Source: Octopus bimaculoides
Lineage: Eukaryota
DNA length: 37,113 nt
Reading direction: 5' to 3'
Assembly (NCBI RefSeq): GCF_001194135.2
Contig: NC_068982.1
Coordinates: 52,487,087-52,524,199 of the forward strand
Shown: piece after piece, positions 10,450 to 22,442 of the stretch
Numbering within the stretch: position 1 is the first letter of the stretch
Layout of the letters: every line of letters begins with the position of its first letter
Translations under genes and position numbers: made by a program
The notes under the pieces: generated by a model
Databases searched by the model: none
Told to the model about the DNA's origin: nothing
What the model saw: the letters and a program-made list of their open reading frames with translations, nothing else

Positions 10450-12360
10450 ATTCTTCTAGTTAGATACCATACTGCCTTTTCTGATATGCAGTCGTTAATT
10501 ACATGTTACACAATGAGCATAGCGTATTCTTTTTGCTCTCCAAGTCTATGTATTTGTTATATTTATTTGGTTTGAGTGGGAAAGATACTGTTTTTTAGAG
10601 TGCTGTTGTAGTGGTGCTTTACAATGATGTAAATGTATCTGTTTGATGGGTGATTGTGCATGTAGTAATATCTTTGAAAGTTGTAGCTTGCCATAATAAG
10701 AAATTGTGTCCTTCGCATATTCAATTTTGTTTTCAATGTTTGTGGTTTTGATTCTTTTCTATAGGTTATCTGTGGGCGCAGTCCGTGGGCAGCAAGGGAT
10801 AACCCAAAGTAAGTTGTTTTATTTTCCTTGTAGTTTGATTTACTGTTGAGGGATTGGAGTCCAAAACAAGATTATCACATACTCCATGAGGGATCGAATG
10901 TATTGTTTGAACATTAGTGTTGCTACTTCATTGTATTGGCTGAATGAGAAGCGTGCTTAACGAAGGTTTGTGTGCTGTTTTGATTTGTTTTCTGTTCTGT
11001 ATTTACTAATGTTCTACAGTTAGTATGTAACTCCTAATATTGTTGTCTTTTGTATTTAGTATTTTTACGTCGTTAGAAGTGATGCTTGGTTACATATAAT
11101 ATTCTCCGGTGTTATTGGTAAGAGAAGAAATTGAGTATATGGCTGGTGATATAAGCCTGTTACTTTGGAAATGAGGCTGTAAAGGGTTTATGTTGGGCTG
11201 AGGGATTTTTTCTTTAACTCTATTTGAAAAGTGTTGTGAATATGTGACTGTGACATTATCAGTATATTCTTAAGTATAGGAAATTTAAAGGTTAAGGTTA
11301 ATAATGGAAAGGTTGTGTAGGGTACAGGTTAAAATCGGTGCGTCAGCAAACAGATTCTTTTGGTATGACACTCAGGAAATTATAGATTCTTGATGTGTTG
11401 TATACAATGTAACCTTGTCGATCTGACAAATTGCTTTCTAGCCAGAGCTTGTGCTGTTTTCCGCTTTTTATAGTATGTTTTTGTGTTTCGTGGATAAGCG
11501 GATAGTAGGATTTGAAGTCGAAAGTTTTGTTGATGTCAGAATTAGACAGAATGATGTTATCGGATTTATTTTTGTTGTAGCCGTCATGTACTTTTTGTGT
11601 AAAATTTAGGATTAATGTGGTGGTTGACTATTGTAGTCTGACCCTAGGCTATGATTTTGAAGTGAGTGGAGGACATGTGTTAGCGATATCAAGGTGAAAT
11701 CTTACTAAAAATATTGGTTTCAAATTTTAGTACAAAGCCAGCAGAATTCTTTTTGGTAGGGGGAAGGAGACAAGTCGATTACATCGACTCCAGTCCTCAA
11801 CTAGTACTTATTTTATAACCCTGAAAGGATGAAAGGCAAAGTCGACCTCGGCGGAATTTGAACTCAGAACGTAGAGACAAATGACATCTTGCCCGGCGTG
11901 CTAACGATTCTGCCCGCTCGCTGCCTTAAATTTACTGGGAAGGGGATATTAAGGGTACACATAAGAAGTTGATAGATCTCTGTGATACTACTTCATTTCG
12001 ATTTTAGTTAAGTTTTAAAATTGCGGCATTTTAACGTAGTTCACAAATTATGTGAATTTAGCTTTGTTAGCACGCCTAGTTATAAATGTTTGTTCTTAAT
12101 ATTTTCGAAATATATTTGTAACTTTTGTCTAACTCGGAAGCTTTTAATTTTGGAAGTTGAACTTGTTGCTATTCTGGCGGCTGTTCTTATTGCTTTTCTG
12201 GTGTCTGATGGAAGGAAGGTATGAAGTCGTTGTCTAGATGGAATATGGTCCTCTCATTCTGTGTACTTTTTGATGGTTGAGTTTTAAAAATGTTTGATAA
12301 GTGAGTTCCTTGCTTCAGGATTGTGAGTTCATTCTCTGAAGTTATTAGCGTTATGCGAGA
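10450..12360 (-). mobile_element. Decayed LINE reverse transcriptase (Jockey/CR1/I-like)
   Basis: Minus-strand translation gives DINKTFD..., WLESNLSDRQ (about 11413-11445), SVIPKESV (cf. GVPQGSV) and LMFKQYIRSLMEY (about 10878-10917). Many stops and frameshifts; interrupted by a SINE. Confidence 0.75.
11712..11927 (-). mobile_element. SINE family B inserted in the LINE
   Basis: Minus strand AAGGCAGCGAGCGGGCAGAATCGTTAGCACGCC...GAGTTCAAATTCC... Confidence 0.85.
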
Positions 12361-12499
12361 TGGGGTTCACGACGCAGCTAATAAAATATATTCATTGACG
12401 AAATGAAAAAGTTCATATATTATAACATTTAAATACAAAGAAACAGGCAAAAAGAAGAAAAGAAAAGAAAGAAAACAGGGTGGGGGTAAAGTAGCAGAA

Positions 12500-13050
12500 G
12501 ATGGAGGGAGGAGGCGATAGGCCACGTACTCCCGAACAAATGGTGGAGAATAGCCAGCGACTCTTGCTACAGCAGTCACTCCACCTCGCGGGATTCATTT
12601 CTCCGACGGGCTGCCGTTATCTCTATTTTGCGGAGGAAATCGGAAGTACGGGGTCCGAGAACACCTGACGTTTCAACGGCGACCGGCACAAACTGATAAT
12701 GGTTGCGCAGGCCCCTGCGTTTATTGAATTTTCTCTCCTCCGTGTTATAGGTTGCGACACCCAGGGTTGCAACCGACGCAGCGAGGTTGGAGCCGGAGAA
12801 CATGTCGTTGCACGTCGTGTCCAAGACTTGAGATTTGCCTTCCTCGAATGGGAAGAAGTTTATTCCGTCGGGACCCTTACTGTCCCGCCGTCGAGACCTG
12901 CAGGTTCAAGTTGAGACTGGAGGACAGACGCATCAAGACTCCTTCTGATTATATCATTCAGCGCAACATGTCATGGAAATCGGCCCGTGCTAAGGTTGCA
13001 AGATGGTAGATGCTGGCCGAATTTGTCAACTACCGCTCCACAACGGCAAT
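12500..13050 (-). mobile_element. 3' fragment of a CRE-like non-LTR retrotransposon (restriction-like endonuclease domain)
   Basis: HVALNDIIRRSL...LEPAGL, a frameshift, then DSKGPDGINFFPFEEGKSQVLDTTCND...FVPVAVETSGVLG. This matches the RH.LND / RPDG / WD.TC / P.AVET.G pattern of CRE-clade RLE domains. Confidence 0.85.
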
Positions 13051-13241
13051 TTAATGTTGTGCTAGTTTTTCTCTTTATTCAAATATGAGTTTACATGTTC
13101 CGTTAAACACAAACATTCAAGACAAAATCCAAAAGAAATCTATTCAATAGATTGACAATGATTCATTCTCGATTATACTACAGACTTTTGCGAACAGGCA
13201 CTCTGTTACCTCGCCCTACCTCTCCTGTTGCTTCAACAAAA

Positions 13242-13310
13242 CCGTATTTGCGGGCGTTAAGATGCACTCTCGCATAAAATGCATCCCAACGTTTTAGCGA
13301 AAAAAAAGCA
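13242..13310 (+). mobile_element. Possible pogo/Tigger-like transposon end
   Basis: CCGTATTTGCGGGCGTTAAGATGCAC resembles recalled pogo-type TIR sequence; no partner TIR seen. Confidence 0.3.
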
Positions 13311-13644
13311 TATTTTGTGGAAAAAGCGAATTTAATGTTTCATTATATACTCATACAATATAGTATTTCGTTTGCAACCTTTATGAATAGGTAGATAGAT
13401 AAGTATATATGTTTATAAATGTATGCATGTATGGATGTATGTATGCGTGTGTATGCGTATAAATATAAACACGTAACTATGGATTAAATGTGGTTTACAT
13501 CGTGAAAATGTACGCATATTTCGATATACGAAATATATACCAGCTGCATAACTCGTTGTATATGCACATATTCACGAAGATCATTTTTATCTGTTTGCTC
13601 ACTTCTGTGTTTACATATTCTATCGTGTTGATGTAGATATGCAT

Positions 13645-13692
<48 letters not shown>

Positions 13693-13825
13693 GCGCACGC
13701 ACAGATGCACGCGCGCGTACATAGACACGCATGTACATATAAATACATACATGTACATGCATATATACATACATATATTATATCATATCATATATACGGG
13801 CGTGTGTGTGTGCACGTGTGCGTGC

Positions 13826-14240
13826 TGGTATAGCTGAGTGGTTTTCAATCATGTGGTCTCGGGTTCGGTTCCATTACACGTTACCTTGAGCTAATATCGT
13901 CTACTATACCCCTGGGCAGACCAATGCTTTGTGACTGAATTTGGTAGATAGAAACTGTGTGGAAGCCCGATGTACACACACACACACACACACATACACA
14001 CACTCACACACACACACACACACACACATGCACACACACATATAGATATAGATATATGTCTGCGTGAGTGTTTGTCACTGAACTTCTATTTGTCCTCCGC
14101 AAAGCTTGGCAACCGGTGTTGGTTTGTTTACGTCCCCATAACTTAGCATTCCGGTAATGGTAAACTAATAGATTTGCCCGACTAAGCCTTTCAAGGTCGT
14201 GCCCCACTATGGCCGCACTCTAAGTAAGACATAAAAGATG
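13826..14240 (+). mobile_element. SINE family A, decayed, with central (CA)n
   Basis: Head and tail homologous to the copy at 14270-14799. Confidence 0.8.
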
Positions 14241-14269
14241 CTCACTTTTATTTTGTATACATATACAAA

Positions 14270-14799
<530 letters not shown>

Positions 14800-15055
14800 C
14801 ATATACAGTTGCGTTGATGTATGCCTTTTATATTTTATGTTTTGTTTGAATCATTAGAATAAAAATGGATCCCAGTACTTAATTTTTTTTTGTTAAGGCT
14901 AGTATTTATTCTGTCACTCCCACTTGCCGAATCGTTAAGTTACGTTGACATACATAAATCAAACATACATGCGCATAAGTACATGCATACGTACATACAT
15001 ATATAATGTACACGCATACACAAACATATATACGCATAAATATATATTTTTTTAT

Positions 15056-15328
15056 TTATGCGCCCTTTTAAAGCCTAGCCAGGCTCATGGGCCCGGTTTC
15101 CCGGTTTCTGTGACGTATGGGACGCCAGTCCATAGCGGCGTTACTCAAGAAACAGGAAAAACGAGCGAGAGAAAGTTGGGGCGAAAGAGAACAACAGAGG
15201 CGCCACCACACCCTGCCGGAGCTTCGTGGAGCTTTAGGTGTTTGCGCTCAATAAACACACACAACGCCCGGTCTGGGAATCGAAACCGCGATCCTCCGAC
15301 TGCCCTAACCACAAGGCCATTGCGCCTC
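15056..15328 (-). mobile_element. SINE family C (tRNA-derived)
   Basis: Minus strand GAGGCGCAATGGCCTTGTGGTTAGG (A box)...GGTTTCGATTCCC (B box)...ATGGACTGGCGTCCC...AAACCGGGAAACCGGGCCCATGAGCC. Confidence 0.8.
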
Positions 15329-15371
15329 ACACACACACACACACACACACATACACATATATATATACGCA

Positions 15372-15424
<53 letters not shown>

Positions 15425-15445
15425 GTCTATCTATCTATCTATCTA

Positions 15446-15476
<31 letters not shown>

Positions 15477-15507
15477 TTCTCTCTCTCTCTCCTTCTCTCT
15501 CTCTATC
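15372..15507. repeat. Stepwise (TCTA)n-(TCTG)n-(TC)n microsatellite
   Basis: Direct reading. Confidence 0.95.
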
Positions 15508-15514
15508 TACACAC

Positions 15515-15670
15515 ACGAAAGGTTTCTTTTAGTTTCTCTCAACCAAAACCACTCACAAAGCTTTGGTCGGTCCGAGGCTATGGTAGAAAACACTGGCCGA
15601 ATGTGCCACGCAGAGGGACTGAACCTGTAACCATGCAGTTAGGATACAAGCTTCTTGTCACACAGCGACG
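15515..15670 (-). mobile_element. SINE family A, 5' half
   Basis: Reverse complement of the family A head and body. Confidence 0.85.
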
Positions 15671-16172
15671 TACACGCGTATTTAATGTATGCATGTATGC
15701 ACGTGTGCGTATGTATGTATGTATGTATGTATGCGTGTATGAAGCTGCGAATATTATTATACAACTACACTTACCACACAAGCATGTTGATAAGTTTTCT
15801 AGCACATCTATCGTTCATTCGCGTATACAAACACGTACACACGCACACATATATGTATCGTTACCGGGCTCTGTTTAGCATGCAGTGGAAATAATTCAGA
15901 AAACTATATAAACAGTCTATTTCATCTCTTTCGGTTTCTGCTGTTCCATGTTCGCATTCTTTTGATGGCCACTTTTTCGCTGCATCCCCTTACATTAAAG
16001 TTAAACTTTGAATGACCTTTAAAATTCATTATAAATAAATAAATAAATAAATAAAATAAGGAAAAATTTTATCTTTTATCGAAGCAATCGTTATTTGTGT
16101 GAATTTAGACATTTAAAAGCTTCAGCTATACAGGTGCCTTGCGTGTGATGTTTTTTTTTTAAAGTCAAAACA

Positions 16173-16545
16173 GACGCTGGTGTGACTGTGTGGCAAGAAG
16201 CTTGATTCCTAACCACATGGTTCTGGGTTCAGTTCCACTGCGTGGCATCTTGGACAAGTGTCTTCCGCTATAGCGTCGGGCCGACCAAAACCTTGTGAGT
16301 GGATTTGGTAGAAACTGAAAGAAGCCCGTCGTACGTATCTATGTATGTATGTATTGACAACCAGTGTTGGTGTGTTTATGTCCCCGTAACTTAAGCGGTT
16401 CGGCTAAGTGACCGACAGAATAAGTACCTGGCTTAAAGAAAAAGGAAAAAATAAGTACTAGGGTCGATTTGTTCGACTAAAAGTAATTCTTCAAGGCGGT
16501 GCCCTAGCATGGTCACAGCCAATGACAAACAGATGAAGGACAAAA
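16173..16545 (+). mobile_element. SINE family A
   Basis: Head, short central tract and tail all present. Confidence 0.9.
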
Positions 16546-16618
16546 ATATGCAAGTTATGAGAAAAATTACAAATCGGCAGCTTGCACTTTTACCTTTTAT
16601 CACTTCTTATAACTTGCA

Positions 16619-17010
16619 GAAGCGGGCTAGCAGGATTCGTTACCGCGCTGAATAAAATGTTTAGAAACGCTCTTTCCTTTCTGAGTTCAAATGCCGCCGT
16701 GGCCGACTTTACTTCTGAGCCCTTTCGGGGTCGATAAAATAAGTGCCTGTCAAATACTGGGGTAGATGTAATCAACAAGCTGCATTTCCTAAAATGTAAG
16801 GCTTTGTACCAAGAATAATTTAAAGGCGGAGAAATGGCAGGACTGTTAGCGTATCGGACAAAAATGATTAGTGGTATCTCGTTGTGAGTTAACATTCCGC
16901 CGAGATCGCATTTGGCTTTCAGGATCGATAAAATAAGTAACGGTTGAGCACTGGGATCGATGTAATCGACTAGCCCAAAATTTCAGGCCTTGCGCCTTTA
17001 TTAGAGAAAA
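16619..17010 (+). mobile_element. Two tandem decayed SINE family B copies
   Basis: Units at about 16619-16815 and 16823-17010 each carry GTCGATAAAATAAGT...ACTGGG.T.GATGTAATC-like sequence. Confidence 0.75.
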
Positions 17011-17254
17011 TTGTTATAACTTCCATTGTTTTTGTTTAACCCCCGCCATACAAACAAAAGCATTTATCTATGTTAATAAATGTATGTAAAAGAACTGTGA
17101 ATAACATACACGCTGCAGTTTTGAATTAAAAGCTTAGAGGAGCTATCAGTATCATTTTACGTTCTAGCGTTCAAATCTCGTCAGAGCTACTTTAACATCC
17201 TAGCTAATGTGATAGATAAATGTTTTAAAATAATTTAAACCAATCAAGTACAGT

Positions 17255-17310
<56 letters not shown>

Positions 17311-17610
17311 NNNNNNNNNNNNNNNNNNNNNNNNNNNNNNNNNNNNNNNNNNNNNNNNNNNNNNNNNNNNNNNNNNNNNNNNNNNNNNNNNNNNNNNNNN
17401 NNNNNNNNNNNNNNNNNNNNNNNNNNNNNNNNNNNNNNNNNNNNNNNNNNNNNNNNNNNNNNNNNNNNNNNNNNNNNNNNNNNNNNNNNNNNNNNNNNNN
17501 NNNNNNNNNNNNNNNNNNNNNNNNNNNNNNNNNNNNNNNNNNNNNNNNNNNNNNNNNNNNNNNNNNNNNNNNNNNNNNNNNNNNNNNNNNNNNNNNNNNN
17601 NNNNNNNNNN

Positions 17611-17685
<75 letters not shown>

Positions 17686-18475
17686 ATAAAACTAGATATC
17701 ATTTACATATATGTAGATATGTGTGTGAGAACACCTATGAATGTATGTAAGCGTCTATATCTCTCAGCATATAAACACCCATTACTATCTCAACGTCTGT
17801 CGCTCACTGATTTTGTTTTATTGTTATTGTTATATAATGTTCAAGTATCAACGTGAATACAGAACTGTTGTGTATTGTATAATTTTAAGCATTTATTTCA
17901 CGTGATAAAAGAAGCTAGGAACGTAGCTATTTGCCCGGGAACACGGAGCAGAATGTAAGCTGTTTGCAACCAACTAACCAACGTGCAATAGAGACAGGTG
18001 AAGCTAAATGGATGGACGAAAAATTTTAGACATTCAAGGTCATGTTTCATTTGAAAATGTTGCGCGCGTGAGTGCTTTGCATTCTGCACTGGCATGCGTC
18101 TGCCAACCAACCATCTGCTACAAGTCATGTAAGCAAGAGTCTATTGGACGAAGCTTGTCTGTGAAATTTTCGGGCTTTCAAGGTCGCATATTTATTGACG
18201 TCATGTTTATTTGAATATTATACATACATATAGACATACACAAAAGACGCATTCACACACACACACACACACGCATGCACGAACACTCGCACACGTATCA
18301 CGAACACACACACACACATGCATGCACGCACAAACCTCTAGCGCACCAAACACAACTCTCAGATACATATGAAGCACAGCACATATACACAAATACAACT
18401 CAACACATGCTAAATCTCTTCATCTCTCTTCGCTTTTTTTTTTCAACGTTATTGTTCTGCTTTCTCTCTCTCTTC

Positions 18476-18616
18476 CTTCTCTCTTTCTCATCCTCTAATC
18501 TTCTCTCTTTCTCTTCCTCTAATCTTCTCTCTTTCTCTTCCTCTAATCTTCTCTCTTTCTCTTCCTCTAATCTTCTCTCTTTCTCTTCCTCTAATCTTCT
18601 CTCTTTCTCTTCCTCT
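18476..18616. repeat. 24-bp minisatellite CTTCTCTCTTTCTCTTCCTCTAAT, about 5.9 copies
   Basis: Units start at 18476, 18500, 18524, 18548, 18572 and 18596 (partial). Confidence 0.95.
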
Positions 18617-19159
18617 CTCCGATTCTTTCCTCATATGTCTCACCGCATCATTCTTTCTGTCTTCCGTTTTCACCTTGCTTTTCTTTTTATTATTATTCAT
18701 GCACGCGCGTACACACAAACATACACATGCGTACACATACACACACGCATTCACATACACACACACACACACAGAGACGTACACGTAGACACATCTATCT
18801 ACATAAGCGTAGACAAACAGACACACAAACAAACCCAAACATACATACACATTTGCTCTTTTTCTCATTAACAGACACTTTATTTTCTTTACTCTCTCCA
18901 TCTATTTCTCCAGCGTTAATATAAATTATCTGCTCTCTGATTGGTTAATATAAGTTCATAAATCTGTCTTATGTTATCACCAATCAACAAGACCCAAGTA
19001 AGCATTTTTTTTTTTTACTTTTGCAGTCAAAGAGATCCACCCGACACCTTAGTCTCCGTTTCCTCTCATGTTACAACATACACCTCCTTTGCTTATATTT
19101 ACGAACAAGGAAGCATTATTCTCTTCTACTAGATCTCTCTTTTCTTTCATATCTTTATA

Positions 19160-19484
19160 TATTTTATTTGGTTCAGTCATTTGACTGTTGCCATGCTGGG
19201 GCACCGCTTCATGCCTTTAGTTGAGCAAATCGACCTCAGTACTTCATTTTTCTCAAAGGCTTTGTACTTTTTCTTTCGTTTTCCATTTGCCCAACCGCTA
19301 AGTTACAGGGTCGTAAACAAAACAAAAAAAAAGCAGTGGTTGTCAAGCAGTGGTGGAGGAGCAAACACAAATACAAAGGCACACATATTCTTTTATTTTT
19401 GTCCCAGTCATTTGACTGCGGCCATGCTGGAACCGGAACGATGTAGTTGGCAAGACAGCTTCTTACCACACAGCCACGCCTGCG

Positions 19485-19486
<2 letters not shown>
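19160..19486 (-). mobile_element. SINE family A tail plus an internally deleted mini-copy (19388-19486)
   Basis: Two tail motifs CAGTCATTTGACTG on the plus strand; the head is joined directly to the tail in the mini-copy. Confidence 0.85.
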
Positions 19487-19515
<29 letters not shown>

Positions 19516-19898
19516 NNNNNNNNNNNNNNNNNNNNNNNNNNNNNNNNNNNNNNNNNNNNNNNNNNNNNNNNNNNNNNNNNNNNNNNNNNNNNNNNNNNNN
19601 NNNNNNNNNNNNNNNNNNNNNNNNNNNNNNNNNNNNNNNNNNNNNNNNNNNNNNNNNNNNNNNNNNNNNNNNNNNNNNNNNNNNNNNNNNNNNNNNNNNN
19701 NNNNNNNNNNNNNNNNNNNNNNNNNNNNNNNNNNNNNNNNNNNNNNNNNNNNNNNNNNNNNNNNNNNNNNNNNNNNNNNNNNNNNNNNNNNNNNNNNNNN
19801 NNNNNNNNNNNNNNNNNNNNNNNNNNNNNNNNNNNNNNNNNNNNNNNNNNNNNNNNNNNNNNNNNNNNNNNNNNNNNNNNNNNNNNNNNNNNNNNNNN

Positions 19899-19938
<40 letters not shown>

Positions 19939-20032
19939 CACCACGTGGCAAAATTATGAGCTGAAAATATGTGTTTTATTTTATATATTTTTTTACACAT
20001 ATTTTCAACTATATATATATATATATATGCGC

Positions 20033-20086
<54 letters not shown>

Positions 20087-20158
20087 GTGTGAATGTGTGT
20101 GCATGCATGTGTGCGTGCGCATCTGTACGTATATGAATACATGCGCACACACTCATGC

Positions 20159-20189
<31 letters not shown>

Positions 20190-20194
20190 TATAT

Positions 20195-20338
20195 ATGATG
20201 GCTTCTTTCTGTTTCCGTCTACTAAGTTCACTCACCAGGCTTTTGTCAGCCTGAGGTTGTAGTAGAAGGCACTTGCCGAAGTTGTCACGCAGTGGGACTG
20301 AACCTCACAACCATGTAGTTTGGAAGCAAGCTTCTTTA
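20195..20338 (-). mobile_element. SINE family A, 5' half
   Basis: Homologous to the other family A copies. Confidence 0.85.
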
Positions 20339-20459
20339 TTTCATTACATTTGCCATAAAGGTATAATACAGATGGAAGCTTGCGGGCTGGACACAGACAC
20401 AATGATGATGATGAAATGACAAAAGAGATGGTTGGTTGGGGAAGGAACCAACGCCCACC

Positions 20460-21420
20460 GATTGTTACTTCGCGATAACATTGTTCTTTTTTAAAACACA
20501 AATGAGGTGTTGAACCTCTTACAACAGTTACAAATTGAGGCGCTGAGCCTCTTACCAATCAAAAAAAGTTCAGCGAATATATTCAACTTGAGGCGCTAAG
20601 CCTCTTACCAAAATCACCAAGTTCGAATCGAGGTACTAAGACCTCTTACTCTACCTCCCCGATTAAGTCTCTTGCCGCCTGCAGGCAAGCCTGCAGTCGC
20701 AAGCCGAGTCCCCATAAGAGATAATTGTATTCATCCTTGGTAAAAGAATCCATCACCCTGTAAAAATAATTTTCCTCCATGACATCCGCAGCCATCTGCG
20801 GAGGCCAATCCGGGCTTTCAATGCAGGTCAAGACCGCCTGTTCCCGACCTTCCAGATTCCTCACAAAGTCCTCTACGGCCCCTCCCTTAAGAAAGAAGAT
20901 CACAAATTCCTCACTTATTATACTGGGAGGGGGCACAGTTTCCTCCGTCGGTGGCATAATTCCTACCAACGAGGTTTCGGGACATGCCAGCAGTTTACTG
21001 CTAACCGCAGGCACTGTCCCATTCTTTTTCTTCCTTTTTTCCCCTTTTTTTTCGGGGAGGTCTCTACCTCCTCGACTACCTCCATCTCTCCCTCCGGAGG
21101 AGGAGGGAGGCTCTTCCNNNNNNNNNNNNNNNNNNCCACAAGTAACTGTTCCAGGACCCTACTCTGGTCCTAGGGACAGTTCTTTTTAATGTGGCCCGGT
21201 TCCAGGTACAGGTGTCACTTTTCGGGGGGGGGGGGCTCAAGTATCACCGAGTACCTGCAAGCGGCCATTTTCAAAAAATTTGGAAAAAACTAGATTCTTG
21301 GCTGATTGGGTCCACAAGTTCAAAACTACTTTTGACCCAACCGAATCAGCCGCCGGCAAAAATTTTAACATTAAGCAGCTTGGATCCGCTGCCACCAAGA
21401 CCCCAGCTTCTAAGCTGAAG
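20460..21420 (-). mobile_element. LINE ORF1 (gag-like) remnant with no following ORF2 (HAL1-like)
   Basis: Decayed CCHC knuckle K*HLYLEPGHIKKNCP (21173-21217), an acidic/basic linker, an open C-terminal frame to the stop at 20646-20648, then about 190 bp of repeated hairpins and no endonuclease or RT. Confidence 0.6.
20646..21014 (-). pseudogene. C-terminal part of LINE ORF1-like protein
   Basis: 122-aa open frame downstream of the zinc knuckle, with higher GC than the flanks. Confidence 0.55.
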
Positions 21421-21734
21421 TGAAGGCAGCATGTTCTTTGTCTATCTCCTTAACTTCTTGGAGATTTTAGGTAAAATTATACTAATGTATCCATCTGTTT
21501 TAATTTAATTAAATTCTATGTCTTGTGCAGCTGAAGATTGCTCTGCATTTAAATTGATATAATGGTTGCAGTGTTCAATTAAATGGAATTGCATGAAACG
21601 ATCGTACTGCATTAGCTCTGGATATCCTTGTTGCTTATTTTGATTTTAATCACCTTATTTTGAAATTGTATGGATAATACCGTACTAAATTATGGTGCTT
21701 CAATTCATCTGAATCTACACACACACAAACACAT

Positions 21735-21915
21735 ATATATATATATATATACGACGGACTTCTTTCAATTTTCGTCTGTCAAATCCATTCACAAGGCTTT
21801 TTTCTAGGTCCTAGGCTATAGTAGAAGTCACTTACCCAAGGTACCACGCAGTAGGACTAAATCCGGAACCATGTGGTTGGGAAGCAAGCTTCTTACTCTA
21901 CAGCCACGCCTGCGT
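21735..21915 (-). mobile_element. SINE family A, 5' half
   Basis: Minus strand GACGCAGGCGTGGCTGTAGAGTAAGAAGCTTGCTTCCCAACCACATGG... Confidence 0.9.
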
Positions 21916-21919
21916 CTAT

Positions 21920-21925
21920 AAAAAA
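21920..21925 (-). terminator. Putative Pol III terminator (T6)
   Basis: A6 on the plus strand, 9 nt past the 3' end of the tRNA-like unit. Confidence 0.5.
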
Positions 21926-21934
21926 GTTGCCAGT

Positions 21935-22005
21935 AGACGGCTACGGGATTCGAACCCGTACTCCTCAGATACCGGCTGAGTACTCTACCATTAAGCTAAA
22001 CAGTA
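21935..22005 (-). tRNA. tRNA-like unit (anticodon position GGT, Thr-like), probably a pseudogene or tRNA-derived repeat
   Basis: 71-nt cloverleaf: D stem GCTT/GAGT, perfect anticodon stem CTCAG/CTGAG with loop CCGGTAT, perfect T stem ACGGG/CCCGT with loop TTCGAAT. The acceptor has 2 mismatches. A T6 run lies 9 nt downstream. Confidence 0.7.
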
Positions 22006-22330
22006 TGCTCTTTAGCTTGCAGCGTGTATATTCTGTGTTGCGTAGCATGTATGTTTTAGTGGTGGCCACTGGTTCCTGGGTTAGCTCCAATCCTCCTCTA
22101 AATTTTTCAAACTTCTTTACAAGAATCTATCCAAGTCTACGTGAAACTGTGTCTCATTCCCAAAGTGTCACCTTCTTTGACCTTAACAACTACTATGGGG
22201 TAATATGTCATTGAATTACAAGACGAAATTACCATGGATGGAATGACTTGATTATAGGACAACTCATTCAAGGAAGAACTGGTGTTAAACAACTTAGTTA
22301 TCGATATAGAACATCTCGTGGTTGGGTGAT

Positions 22331-22358
22331 AACGTTTCGGCTGATATACCCTCCAGCC

Positions 22359-22366
<8 letters not shown>
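22331..22366 (-). ncRNA. Minimal type-I hammerhead ribozyme motif with C3 lost into a (TGA)n tract
   Basis: ATGATGA-A-GGCTG-[GAGGGTATAT]-CAGCC-GAAAC-GTT: 5-bp helix II, palindromic ACGT stem III, GUU cleavage triplet. Confidence 0.7.

Positions 22367-22438
<72 letters not shown>
22361..22438. repeat. (CAT)14-(ATT)12 compound trinucleotide repeat
   Basis: Direct count from the sequence. Confidence 0.95.

Positions 22439-22440
<2 letters not shown>

Positions 22441-22442
<2 letters not shown>

Noticed and set aside
18030-18073. IQGHVSFENVAR followed by gtgagt, reminiscent of ABC-transporter NBD starts
   Set aside because: Only 38 nt, with a poor acceptor and no other ABC exons nearby; likely chance.
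18998-19026. GTAAGC...poly-T...TGCAG looking like a 29-nt intron
   Set aside because: Too short for a typical spliceosomal intron, and no convincing flanking reading frame.
21223-21235. G12 runs here and at about 30556 as G-quadruplex elements
   Set aside because: Single homopolymer runs inside decayed TEs, prone to slippage and sequencing error.
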